Sequence record: OZ195776.1
Length of the DNA: 64,000 nt
Direction: 5' to 3' (one strand)
Below are positions 17,255 through 25,449 of this stretch, piece after piece. Within the stretch, counting starts at the first letter, position 1. Every line of letters starts with the position of its first letter. The position numbers and the translations under genes are program-made. The notes beneath the pieces were generated by a model. That model was not told the DNA's origin and searched no databases. It saw nothing but the letters and a program-made list of their open reading frames with translations.

Positions 17255-17655
17255 TAGTTGTACATCTCGCCGCCATCGACAGTGATGTCAAGGTCGATTA
17301 GATCAGAAATACGACGTAGTTCTTCGTATTGTTCGTCGGTTAAGAAACCGTTGCGACAGTCTTCGAGAGACATACTTTCTGGGTTTTTGAATTTACCCAA
17401 ATACATCGTGTCGCAGCATTCATCCAGAGATTCACATGAGATGCCTTCCGGAAGAACTTGGTCCATTAGATACGGAATTTCCCAATATTCATCATCAGCA
17501 ATGAGTTTTGTTACTTTGGATTCGATGGTTACGAACTTCTCACCAGCGATTTTGCGAACAGCGTCAACCAAGCTATCAACGTCGTTAAATTCGAAACCAG
17601 CAACGATGAACGAGCTACTTGAGCTGTTTGATACAAAACCTAAACGTACTTTCAT
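17254..17655 (-). CDS. FVSNSSSSSF-family protein 5
   Basis: MKVRLGFVSNSSSSSFIVAG from ATG 17655. Confidence 0.8.
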   Translation of the reverse strand: MKVRLGFVSNSSSSSFIVAGFEFNDVDSLVDAVRKIAGEKFVTIESKVTKLIADDEYWEIPYLMDQVLPEGISCESLDECCDTMYLGKFKNPESMSLEDCRNGFLTDEQYEELRRISDLIDLDITVDGGEMYN

Positions 17656-17656
17656 T

Positions 17657-17977
17657 TTAATCACCTAATGTTATTTTCAAATATACCATTTCTGGTATTT
17701 GGTATTCAGATTCAAGAGCGGCAGCAAAGCCTTCCAAACGAAGCATTTCGAGTAGGTCGTCTTCGTCTACCACTCCATTTGAGTCGGTAATTGGGAGCTG
17801 ATCTGAATGCTCCCATCGGAACGACATGAACTTCTTCTCTTTGAAAATAACAGAAAATGATTCAGACGTTTCGAAATGACTTCGAAGATCACAATACATC
17901 CAGCGTTTAACTTCTGGATACTTCTCGTAGAGCTTTTCAAGACGAGATGCGCGAATTACTTCTGCCAATGGTTTCAT
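17657..17977 (-). CDS. Hypothetical protein
   Basis: In-operon ORF. Confidence 0.55.
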   Translation of the reverse strand: MKPLAEVIRASRLEKLYEKYPEVKRWMYCDLRSHFETSESFSVIFKEKKFMSFRWEHSDQLPITDSNGVVDEDDLLEMLRLEGFAAALESEYQIPEMVYLKITLGD

Positions 17978-18228
17978 CGGATAGCATCTCCCGTTGGATC
18001 AATTTGGATTTCGAAGTCAACGTCGAAGTACTCGGTAATCTCACGTTTTAGCCATTCGATGTATTCGTCACGGTCGCGAGTTACTGGGAAATCTTCAACA
18101 AAGATGCTGAAACCTTGTGTCCAAAACATGATAACACCAAAGATGTCGTCTTGGTCGATGCACTCTACAAGAGGCTCTTCCTGTTCAGATGTAACAGGGA
18201 TGTTAATGTAAATCTCAAAGTCTTTCAT
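17974..18228 (-). CDS. Hypothetical acidic protein
   Basis: GAGG RBS. Confidence 0.55.
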   Translation of the reverse strand: MKDFEIYINIPVTSEQEEPLVECIDQDDIFGVIMFWTQGFSIFVEDFPVTRDRDEYIEWLKREITEYFDVDFEIQIDPTGDAIR

Positions 18229-18234
18229 ATTACC

Positions 18235-18432
18235 TCACAATGGTTTGTTCATGAATGGTTGGGAAAATACCCAGATAACCAATGCAAATAGGGTACCTGG
18301 AAAACCAACCGCAGACAACAAAAGATTTGCAATTGTTATCTGCTTGTTATCAATCATGTCTACCGTAGCGATAAACCCGAAGAAAGACAACAAAAGAATC
18401 ACGAACGTACCGAGAGAGACCATAATGATCAT
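18235..18432 (-). CDS. Small membrane protein (GFPGTL type)
   Basis: Hydrophobic; resembles 9371..9616. Confidence 0.55.
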   Translation of the reverse strand: MIIMVSLGTFVILLLSFFGFIATVDMIDNKQITIANLLLSAVGFPGTLFALVIWVFSQPFMNKPL

Positions 18433-18653
18433 TCTTTTCGTCCTGAGTTAGTGTAAAGTCCAAAAATCGCAGCTCCCGCACCAACAACCGTTGATACGAA
18501 ACCTGCCTGAGTTGCAGTCGGGTCAGGCAGTGCCATGAACCAAATGCACGCTTGGTAAAGCAAGTAACAATACATGCTTACCAAGATTCGCGGAACAACA
18601 CGCCATTTATCAAAGGCATCAGCGATTTTGCCGTTAAGTTCAAAGATCGCCAT
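18429..18653 (-). CDS. Small two-TM protein, possibly holin-like
   Basis: DKWRVVPR...WFMALPDPT..QAGFVSTVVGA; two TMs and a charged C-terminus. Confidence 0.4.
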   Translation of the reverse strand: MAIFELNGKIADAFDKWRVVPRILVSMYCYLLYQACIWFMALPDPTATQAGFVSTVVGAGAAIFGLYTNSGRKE

Positions 18654-19197
18654 GAGTATCCTCATATTCATCACCAAAGATTTCTTTCATCAAGCGCTTA
18701 TATCGAGGAGATCCCTTCCAGATCTTGTGAGCTTCACCGACTACATCAGAAACGCGTGATAATGCACGATATTCATCATACTGCTCTGGTTGCTCGACTG
18801 TATCATCGATTAGCTCGACAGCAGAAGCCAGCGTACCAATCGGGTAATACTCTTTGTCTTTAATCATAGAAACGATACTACGCATTTCTTGAGTTGTCTT
18901 GATATGGTCAAGCATTAGCTTCTGACAAACGTGATGAAATTCTTCAAAGTTGTAACTGGTTTCAACCTCAACGTGCCAAGGTCGTTCTGGATCATAACCA
19001 GCGCACGTATCGCATTTGTACATAAACCACGTACCACAATCGGTTCGTTGCTTATTCAGATAATCAACCTTTAGACCAATATCTTCGTCTGATGTACTAA
19101 ACTCTACATTAATACCGTGTGACCAACCAGCAGCTTTGTGATCGTTCCATTCTTTAGTGCCAGAATCAACCATCTCTTTAAAGTGTTCAAAACTCAT
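18640..19197 (-). CDS. Hypothetical protein
   Basis: 185 aa, GAAGG RBS. Confidence 0.6.
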   Translation of the reverse strand: MSFEHFKEMVDSGTKEWNDHKAAGWSHGINVEFSTSDEDIGLKVDYLNKQRTDCGTWFMYKCDTCAGYDPERPWHVEVETSYNFEEFHHVCQKLMLDHIKTTQEMRSIVSMIKDKEYYPIGTLASAVELIDDTVEQPEQYDEYRALSRVSDVVGEAHKIWKGSPRYKRLMKEIFGDEYEDTHGDL

Positions 19198-19261
19198 TAT
19201 ATTACCTTCTCAATTGTTCCTGATACCATAGTCGCCTACAATATCAGGAAGTTAAACAATG

Positions 19262-19606
19262 TTATGCAAAAAATAGCACATATGCTACCAACAAACTAAT
19301 CGTGTGGATTAGTTGGTCATACCCAATTACCTGGAAGAAACGACGTGTTTCACCACGTTTCCAGTAGTAGGCTGACACACGACTTGTAACAAAGTCGGTA
19401 ACAAAGTGCATTACACCGGTAAAGATTGCGAAATCAATACCGAAAATGACAAACGGCAATGCATACGTTGCGCAATGTCTAGCCAATGGCCAAATACTCT
19501 TGCTCTTGTTGAGAGCTTGGTGTTCTGTCTGAAACCAAAAATCTGCAACGTAGTGGATTGCGAAAATAAGGATCAGATGCAGAAACGCAGCAGGTGCGAT
19601 TAGCAT
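19262..19606 (-). CDS. DUF3307-family membrane protein
   Basis: HYVADFWFQT..QALNK, HFVTD, IGYDQLIH. Confidence 0.75.
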   Translation of the reverse strand: MLIAPAAFLHLILIFAIHYVADFWFQTEHQALNKSKSIWPLARHCATYALPFVIFGIDFAIFTGVMHFVTDFVTSRVSAYYWKRGETRRFFQVIGYDQLIHTISLLVAYVLFFA

Positions 19607-20073
19607 AATTCATCTCTCACTTTCATAATAGCTTGACCAAGCAAGTTTTGACCAAGCCACTGGCTCTTGTCGTACGCACGAGCGTCCGCTACACCCAGAC
19701 CAATGCCCCAAATGCGATCGTAAGGACTTGCCTCAACGAGCTCGCGCTTACCAGTCTTTTGCAGAATCTTGATTAGACGAGGATTCTGTGTGAATTTCAA
19801 CATGTTACCTTGGACAACAACATCGAAACGACGTGAACCCCAAAGCGCATCGTCGTATCCACGAACTTTACGGCCAAGCGCTTTTTGCGTTTTCGGATTG
19901 TTCGTTTTAAGAATCTGATCGGCGATTTCGTAGTCACCATGCACCGCAGCTTTGTGGTACATCATGTATTGCTCGGCAGTATTGAACGTAATGCCATCTT
20001 CCACGAAAGGACTCTCATACCATTGAGAGAACTCACCGCCCCAGAACATTACAAATTCGTCAGTGTATTTCAT
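19600..20073 (-). CDS. NADAR-family (YbiA-like) protein
   Basis: FSQWY, TAEQYMMYHKA, KALGRKV, LVEASPYDRIWGIG, GQNLLG. Confidence 0.92.
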   Translation of the reverse strand: MKYTDEFVMFWGGEFSQWYESPFVEDGITFNTAEQYMMYHKAAVHGDYEIADQILKTNNPKTQKALGRKVRGYDDALWGSRRFDVVVQGNMLKFTQNPRLIKILQKTGKRELVEASPYDRIWGIGLGVADARAYDKSQWLGQNLLGQAIMKVRDELC

Positions 20074-20146
20074 TATATTTTACCTTTCATTTAGTGGATA
20101 CAGATAGCTTACCGATTCTGAATCCAATTTACAACAGTTCAATTAC

Positions 20147-20170
20147 AAAAAAACCGGCAAATGCCGGTTT
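20147..20170 (-). terminator. Intrinsic terminator
   Basis: AAACCGGCA/TGCCGGTTT stem plus T-tract. Confidence 0.75.
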
Positions 20171-20172
20171 AA

Positions 20173-20481
20173 TTAATCACACGACGTGTCGTCGTATCCA
20201 CGATCGTCAAACATATCACTTTGACGAGTTCGTCGTGCTTTGGTAGCACCAAGTCGCTTTCTTCGAAGCTCTCTAGCTTGATGGTTTGCATTGAGATATG
20301 GGAGGGGCTGGATTTTACTCAGCTCCTCACGGATACGTCTCATTTGTGCAAGTTCAGCCTGTTTCCGACGTTGCTCACGTTTTGCATTGTATTGTAGTTC
20401 GAAATAGCTTACTACCGCAAGGAATGCAATGAATGCTACACTAATCAGTATAATAATTCCCGCAGAGATTGCGTATTCCAC
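20173..20481 (-). CDS. Membrane-anchored basic coiled-coil protein
   Basis: GTG start after the pseT stop; N-terminal TM. Confidence 0.5.
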   Translation of the reverse strand: MEYAISAGIIILISVAFIAFLAVVSYFELQYNAKREQRRKQAELAQMRRIREELSKIQPLPYLNANHQARELRRKRLGATKARRTRQSDMFDDRGYDDTSCD

Positions 20482-20483
20482 AG

Positions 20484-21419
20484 CTAGAAGTCCCCGGGTT
20501 GCACCTGCCAAACTTCCACACCAAGGAAACGCATAGCGTCTACAACCTGGTTACGGTCATCCAACATTAATAGCGGTTTGCTACCAGTAAGAAGAGCGAT
20601 TTCAAGCAACAACTCAGATTTTACAACCCAGTCAGGACGTTGGTCCTTTGCTTGACGCATTAACAGACCGTACTTTTCGAACGGAATGTATTGATGCAAC
20701 CAAAGAGCAGTTTCTGCACGACATACACCATCTCGACCAGAGAAGAACGTAATGTCTTTGCCAGCATTGAAGTACATTGTTAGCACATCAATTACGTTTT
20801 GACGAGGACTATCTTCTGCAACACGATGCCATTCGTATGGCTTACGCTTGCCAGGTTCGTCTTTGTGCATTTCAGCAACTGTGCCATCGATATCCGACAG
20901 AACGTAGTTACCGACTTTACCATTCCACGCTTCTTCCAGCAAGTCTTTAAAGTGTTGAAGAATCAGATCTTTGTTGCTTGCATGGTAAACGCGCATTTGG
21001 TTACGAATCACTTTCTTAGTAACCTGCATTTCACGTGCAGCGTCACGACGGAAGGCTTCTTCTTCTGTTACATGGCAGATCTTAGTTTTGTAAGTCCAGC
21101 CGTTAGTAGCAGCTAATGATTCCCAATGTTTGCGGAATTCTGGTTTCAAGTTTGTGTCGGAGATGATCACTTTGGTAACGTCCGGACGAGCCATTGCGTC
21201 CAAAGTGCGTTGCATCTGCATTTCACCAACTTTCTTTTCGTTTTCTTTCGTGAATTGCCACTCACCCCAAACGAAACGACGGCCATGCTCTTCCATGAAG
21301 AGTTCTTGACGCATATCGTCACGGTTCAAGTTTACCACACCTGGCTTGGTAGCTTCACGTTCAGCGTATGTCGTCTTACCTGACGCAGATACACCAATGG
21401 TTAGTTCAAGAATTTTCAT
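20484..21419 (-). CDS. pseT: Polynucleotide 5'-kinase/3'-phosphatase
   Basis: GVSASGKT P-loop, NRDDMR, SDTNL, DIDGT HAD motif, DDRNQVV. Confidence 0.93.
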   Translation of the reverse strand: MKILELTIGVSASGKTTYAEREATKPGVVNLNRDDMRQELFMEEHGRRFVWGEWQFTKENEKKVGEMQMQRTLDAMARPDVTKVIISDTNLKPEFRKHWESLAATNGWTYKTKICHVTEEEAFRRDAAREMQVTKKVIRNQMRVYHASNKDLILQHFKDLLEEAWNGKVGNYVLSDIDGTVAEMHKDEPGKRKPYEWHRVAEDSPRQNVIDVLTMYFNAGKDITFFSGRDGVCRAETALWLHQYIPFEKYGLLMRQAKDQRPDWVVKSELLLEIALLTGSKPLLMLDDRNQVVDAMRFLGVEVWQVQPGDF

Positions 21420-21607
21420 TCTACCCTCACAGCTTTTTCAAAATTTTGTTTAATATCACGCGGAAGCGTTATCAGACCTTTTCCTAACGAATAAGTCGCG
21501 AACCAAGAATCTCCCATTGGAGACTCTTTTGGGCGCGCACAACAACCATCACACGCGTCTTCAAGTAAATCACAATATGTAGCGGCAGCTTGATATGACT
21601 CGAACAT
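21416..21607 (-). CDS. Hypothetical protein
   Basis: GGAG RBS. Confidence 0.5.
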   Translation of the reverse strand: MFESYQAAATYCDLLEDACDGCCARPKESPMGDSWFATYSLGKGLITLPRDIKQNFEKAVRVE

Positions 21608-21616
21608 GTCAATCTC

Positions 21617-21967
21617 CTAAAGTTTATAGTTATCCAAAGAGCACATCATATCCTCTTCGGTTACAATTTCAGGGTTGAGCATGGTATCAGCTTCATACAT
21701 AGCTTCCTTTAGAGAAGCTATTTTAGTCGCATATTCAACGAATTTAAAGCCATTTGATTGCGTAGTACGAATCACTAGAATGGTCCACGGTTTGTACGTG
21801 CCACGCTTTACGATTCGAATACAACGAATGTTTTCGTTGAAATATGCAGTCTCTAGATGTTCTAGGATATCGTCTTTTGGATTTGGAACAACTACGTCAT
21901 AAACCCAAAGAGGTCTAATGTCACAACCATCTGCAATATTTTTACGTTTGAACTCAAGGTGTTTCAT
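21617..21967 (-). CDS. Hypothetical protein
   Basis: AAGGAG RBS. Confidence 0.6.
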   Translation of the reverse strand: MKHLEFKRKNIADGCDIRPLWVYDVVVPNPKDDILEHLETAYFNENIRCIRIVKRGTYKPWTILVIRTTQSNGFKFVEYATKIASLKEAMYEADTMLNPEIVTEEDMMCSLDNYKL

Positions 21968-21982
21968 CTGTCTCTCCTTTTG

Positions 21983-22026
21983 TTGGCGACAGAGATATAT
22001 TCCGTTATTCGTCTTCCGACGTCAAC
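21983..22026 (-). promoter_or_regulatory. Possible weaker early promoter with partial class A leader
   Basis: TTGACG-N17-GAATAT then ATCTCTGTCGCC. Confidence 0.4.
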
Positions 22027-22334
22027 GTTTGATCTTGAATTTTATACGCTTTTATTGCTTCCAGCAATTCGTCACTATATCCATCCACATCATGTAGGTA
22101 TTTCGCAAACTCCAACCAATCATCATACTTGAAACCAATATACGCAGTTCCAGGTTCGATTGTATCTTCTGTGATAACAACAACTTTATCGGCAAGTCCA
22201 GGATCCACTGGCGGATCTTTGACAACTGGATGAACCAATGTTACAGGATCTGCCGGGAGGTACCGATCGACATATTTAGTGGTTGTGCAGCCAACTAAAA
22301 TGATGGCTATTAACGCAATGGCATATCCTTTCAT
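22005..22334 (-). CDS. Outer-membrane spanin (Rz1-like lipoprotein, PseT.2-like)
   Basis: Signal peptide with LVGC lipobox, Pro-rich region. Confidence 0.7.
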   Translation of the reverse strand: MKGYAIALIAIILVGCTTTKYVDRYLPADPVTLVHPVVKDPPVDPGLADKVVVITEDTIEPGTAYIGFKYDDWLEFAKYLHDVDGYSDELLEAIKAYKIQDQTLTSEDE

Positions 22335-22714
22335 TTGTTAGCTACCTTATCAAAGAACTTCTGCATTGCGCGTTGTTCCATTCTTTCCACTAGTTTTGGC
22401 TTTTGGAATACAACGTGCTGCCTACCTTTGTACTTGTTGATTACCGCGTCTTTTTTAGCAAGTTCGGACCGTAAGTCGTTCGTTACCGTACTGTAATCGC
22501 TGATAATTTCGTTGCGACGTTCATACTGAGCACTCAGATTCTGCATCTGGTCGCTTAGTTCTCCATTCGCAGTATGAGCATCAGCCAAATCAGTTCGCAA
22601 CCCTTCAATCTTAGTATGAGCCGCTTCCAATTTAAGAGTTTGCACGTAAGCAAACCCGCCCGATACGAGTGCGGCAGCCAATAAGGCTGCCATTCCGATT
22701 TGAGTTATATTCAT
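22331..22714 (-). CDS. Inner-membrane spanin (Rz-like, PseT.3-like)
   Basis: N-terminal TM plus coiled coil; lies between pseT and rnlA as in T4. Confidence 0.7.
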   Translation of the reverse strand: MNITQIGMAALLAAALVSGGFAYVQTLKLEAAHTKIEGLRTDLADAHTANGELSDQMQNLSAQYERRNEIISDYSTVTNDLRSELAKKDAVINKYKGRQHVVFQKPKLVERMEQRAMQKFFDKVANK

Positions 22715-22989
22715 GCGCGTACCTGCATAAAGGTACCATCAGTTGGATCGACGTAGAACGTACTCATCTTTCCATTCTTGTCTTCAATGACAACATCGAA
22801 TCCTACTGGTGGTAGGTTTTGGACAATTTGCTGACCATTTGCGTGAAACACTCGTCGAATCGATTGAATATTGGCAGGGCCAACAAAGACCACTTTGCCG
22901 CCACGACGTTGAGGATCACTCTCCAATCGTTGGACTAACAGTGGTAAGAAGTCTGAGTTGAACTTATCAATAAATTGCTGTGGATTCAT
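22711..22989 (-). CDS. Hypothetical protein
   Basis: In-operon ORF. Confidence 0.55.
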   Translation of the reverse strand: MNPQQFIDKFNSDFLPLLVQRLESDPQRRGGKVVFVGPANIQSIRRVFHANGQQIVQNLPPVGFDVVIEDKNGKMSTFYVDPTDGTFMQVRA

Positions 22990-24137
22990 TACATCTCCCG
23001 AAGATACTTTTCCGGTACCAATAGCTCAGGACGACGAAGGTACACAGAAACAAGTTGTTTGTAGATGTCCTGATTGATAGACTCGTAACGATTCATGTAC
23101 ACACCAAATAGATGCGGTTCTGTTACACGTTTGCCTTCAATCGCGTAATCTTTACGAGACTTATGACGATTCTGAGCTGCGTGACGTTGAATGTTAGCAA
23201 TATCACGCTGTAGTTTGTCTACGACGTGTAGCTCAAACTCACGAATGCGATCTATTGTATTTTGATCGTGACAGAACAACGAATACAAATCATCATGATG
23301 ATTGTTTAGAACAGTTTCAACCAGACGTTTTGGATTCGATACTGAATCTTTCTGACGGTGTAGATTCACATACCAAGACGTTTTGATCTTGGTTTGAATA
23401 TCCGGAGTACGAACAATCACACCCTCAATGCCAACCATCGCTTTGATACTTTCAACGAAATCATCTTCAAACGCAATTGATGCATCATATTCATCAACTA
23501 ACCAAGGTTGTAATGAGTTCAGAATGTGATTCGGGATTGTATCAAAATCAACGTAATCGCCAGTCTCATTATCCCGCATGTTCAGAATCGTTAGTTTCGG
23601 TTCTTTGTACTCGAGTACGATGCGGTTATTAGGCGCTGTATACTCCATATTAACCGTGATTCCCATAAAAGAGCAATCTTCTACGAAGTCAAAGAGAACA
23701 CGATTCTCACGCAGTTTGATATAGCGATTTGCCGCAATTGCTTGATCCGACGAAATCGATGTTTTGGATTTCAACCCAAATGTTTGGTGATCACCTTCGC
23801 CAGTGATATACGTGCTGATCAACGAACCATCTACTTTATCCATTACAGATACCGCAGTTTTGTAGTCAATGTTCATCGTCATTGGGTTTTCTTTGTCGTT
23901 GAAGAATTTCTCCATCGGACGAGATACCAAACGAATCATCTTACCATCGTCGTCAATTTGGAACATGATTCCACGACATTCCAATGCGCTTGGTTTTAGC
24001 CAGTCTTCGTACTGAGCCACGTGATACGCGAACACACGTAGGCGTTCATTTGAGGTGTTGATATGATCAACACAGTAGAATTTACCTGGGCTCTCAACGA
24101 GAGCCATCAAGTCATCATAAAGTTTTTGGATTTTCAT
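22989..24137 (-). CDS. rnlA: RNA ligase 1
   Basis: LECRGIMF, SRPMEKFFN, DKVDGSLI, NMEY, IEGVIV, KIKTSWY. Confidence 0.93.
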   Translation of the reverse strand: MKIQKLYDDLMALVESPGKFYCVDHINTSNERLRVFAYHVAQYEDWLKPSALECRGIMFQIDDDGKMIRLVSRPMEKFFNDKENPMTMNIDYKTAVSVMDKVDGSLISTYITGEGDHQTFGLKSKTSISSDQAIAANRYIKLRENRVLFDFVEDCSFMGITVNMEYTAPNNRIVLEYKEPKLTILNMRDNETGDYVDFDTIPNHILNSLQPWLVDEYDASIAFEDDFVESIKAMVGIEGVIVRTPDIQTKIKTSWYVNLHRQKDSVSNPKRLVETVLNNHHDDLYSLFCHDQNTIDRIREFELHVVDKLQRDIANIQRHAAQNRHKSRKDYAIEGKRVTEPHLFGVYMNRYESINQDIYKQLVSVYLRRPELLVPEKYLREM

Positions 24138-24149
24138 TGTCTCTCCTGA

Positions 24150-24377
24150 TTAGCGACGTTTCTTGCCACGATTTTTAGTTACCCAATGTGGATGTTTATC
24201 AACTTGCGCAGTACCGGATGGATAGAACGCACGGAAACGAACACCAGGGTACTTCTGCTCAGCTTTACCACGAGCTTCTTGGATAGAGTAACCTTGAACA
24301 GTATCAGTTACGTACTCGCCGTCTGCTTTGATAAATTCAATAGTGTATACGTCGATGAAGTGTTGAGTAGATGCCAT
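24150..24377 (-). CDS. Hypothetical protein
   Basis: AAGG RBS. Confidence 0.55.
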   Translation of the reverse strand: MASTQHFIDVYTIEFIKADGEYVTDTVQGYSIQEARGKAEQKYPGVRFRAFYPSGTAQVDKHPHWVTKNRGKKRR

Positions 24378-24389
24378 GATATAAACCTT

Positions 24390-24518
24390 TTAAGCTAAGA
24401 AATGTGCGTAAAGTACGAGACCGATAAAACCTAGAACAATTGCGCCACCAACGATAGCGAAGGTGTTACGAACACCCAACAAGCATAATGCTGCAAGTAG
24501 TACAAAAAATTCTAACAT
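24390..24518 (-). CDS. Small membrane protein (42 aa, not in track)
   Basis: MLEFFVLLAALCLLGVRNTFAIVGG...; AGGAG RBS; first gene after the promoter. Confidence 0.6.
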   Translation of the reverse strand: MLEFFVLLAALCLLGVRNTFAIVGGAIVLGFIGLVLYAHFLA

Positions 24519-24540
24519 ACCGATAACTCCTGTTTTAAAT

Positions 24541-24593
24541 GACCGTCTCCGGCCGACAGAGCCCATATTACAGGAATACGGATAAAAGGCAAC
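24541..24593 (-). promoter_or_regulatory. Early promoter plus class A leader hairpin
   Basis: TTGCCT-N16-TAATAT then GGGCTCTGTC GGCCG-GAGA-CGGTC. Confidence 0.8.
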
Positions 24594-24601
24594 TACTGGA
24601 T

Positions 24602-24629
24602 AAAGAAAAAGCCGGATAAACCGGCTTTT
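24602..24629 (-). terminator. Intrinsic terminator
   Basis: AAAGCCGG/CCGGCTTT stem plus T-tract. Confidence 0.75.
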
Positions 24630-24631
24630 AA

Positions 24632-25441
24632 TTATTCTACTTCTTTAAACTCTTGTTCTAGCAGGAGTTCTACGTCAGTTTGGACATTATCTTCTTCAAT
24701 GGAAGGAGCTTCGTCTTGTGCGCGAACCTCGTCGTTTGTCATCGTGACGATTGTTGGATCAAGCGCACTCGGAGTCTTGATGAGTTCCGTAGCATTGGCT
24801 AATTCCTCAGCCATACGCTCTTCAACGCGTTTCTCAACAGCCTTTTCAAACTCTTCGATCTTTTTGCGCTTCTCAGCTTCTTCGGCATCGGCCGCTTCTG
24901 CTTCCATGAATTCAGCAACGTATTGCAAACGCTCTGTTACTTCTTCTGGAGTAAGCCACGCATCTTGGTTCAAGTTGATGATTTCGTTTAGTTCGACTTC
25001 ATCAAAGAACGGAGAATATAGGATTGACGCAACACGGTTTAGGTGTTCTTTGTGAGACTCAGCTTGTTTCAACGTATCTGGCATTTTACCAAGCTGTCCG
25101 CCTGAGCTCGTGTGGAACATAAACGTACTAAAGTCGCTTACGTGCCATGCGTTACAAGCAAGGAAAATCATAGTGCCTGCAGACAAAACTTCGCCTTCTG
25201 CACAACCAACAACAGCACCTGCTTTGGATTGCAAAATAGCATCACAAATCTGACACGCGGTTGCAAAATTACCACCAGGTGTGTTGATGTGCAAGTACAC
25301 AAGATCACGTTCGGTAGCAGTTGCCAAACACTGTAGCAGCGTGTGGTAGTCTTCTGCTTCTTCAATCACGCCTGTGATGTAAAAATCATGACGAACAGAT
25401 TGCGGATGCATGAACCAATCCACTGGGTTTTTAAAAATCAT
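24632..25441 (-). CDS. ClpP/crotonase-fold serine protease with acidic C-terminal tail
   Basis: LHINTPGG, EVLSAGTMIFLA (Ser), FMFHT (His), QDAWLT. Confidence 0.8.
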   Translation of the reverse strand: MIFKNPVDWFMHPQSVRHDFYITGVIEEAEDYHTLLQCLATATERDLVYLHINTPGGNFATACQICDAILQSKAGAVVGCAEGEVLSAGTMIFLACNAWHVSDFSTFMFHTSSGGQLGKMPDTLKQAESHKEHLNRVASILYSPFFDEVELNEIINLNQDAWLTPEEVTERLQYVAEFMEAEAADAEEAEKRKKIEEFEKAVEKRVEERMAEELANATELIKTPSALDPTIVTMTNDEVRAQDEAPSIEEDNVQTDVELLLEQEFKEVE

Positions 25442-25449
25442 ACTTCACC

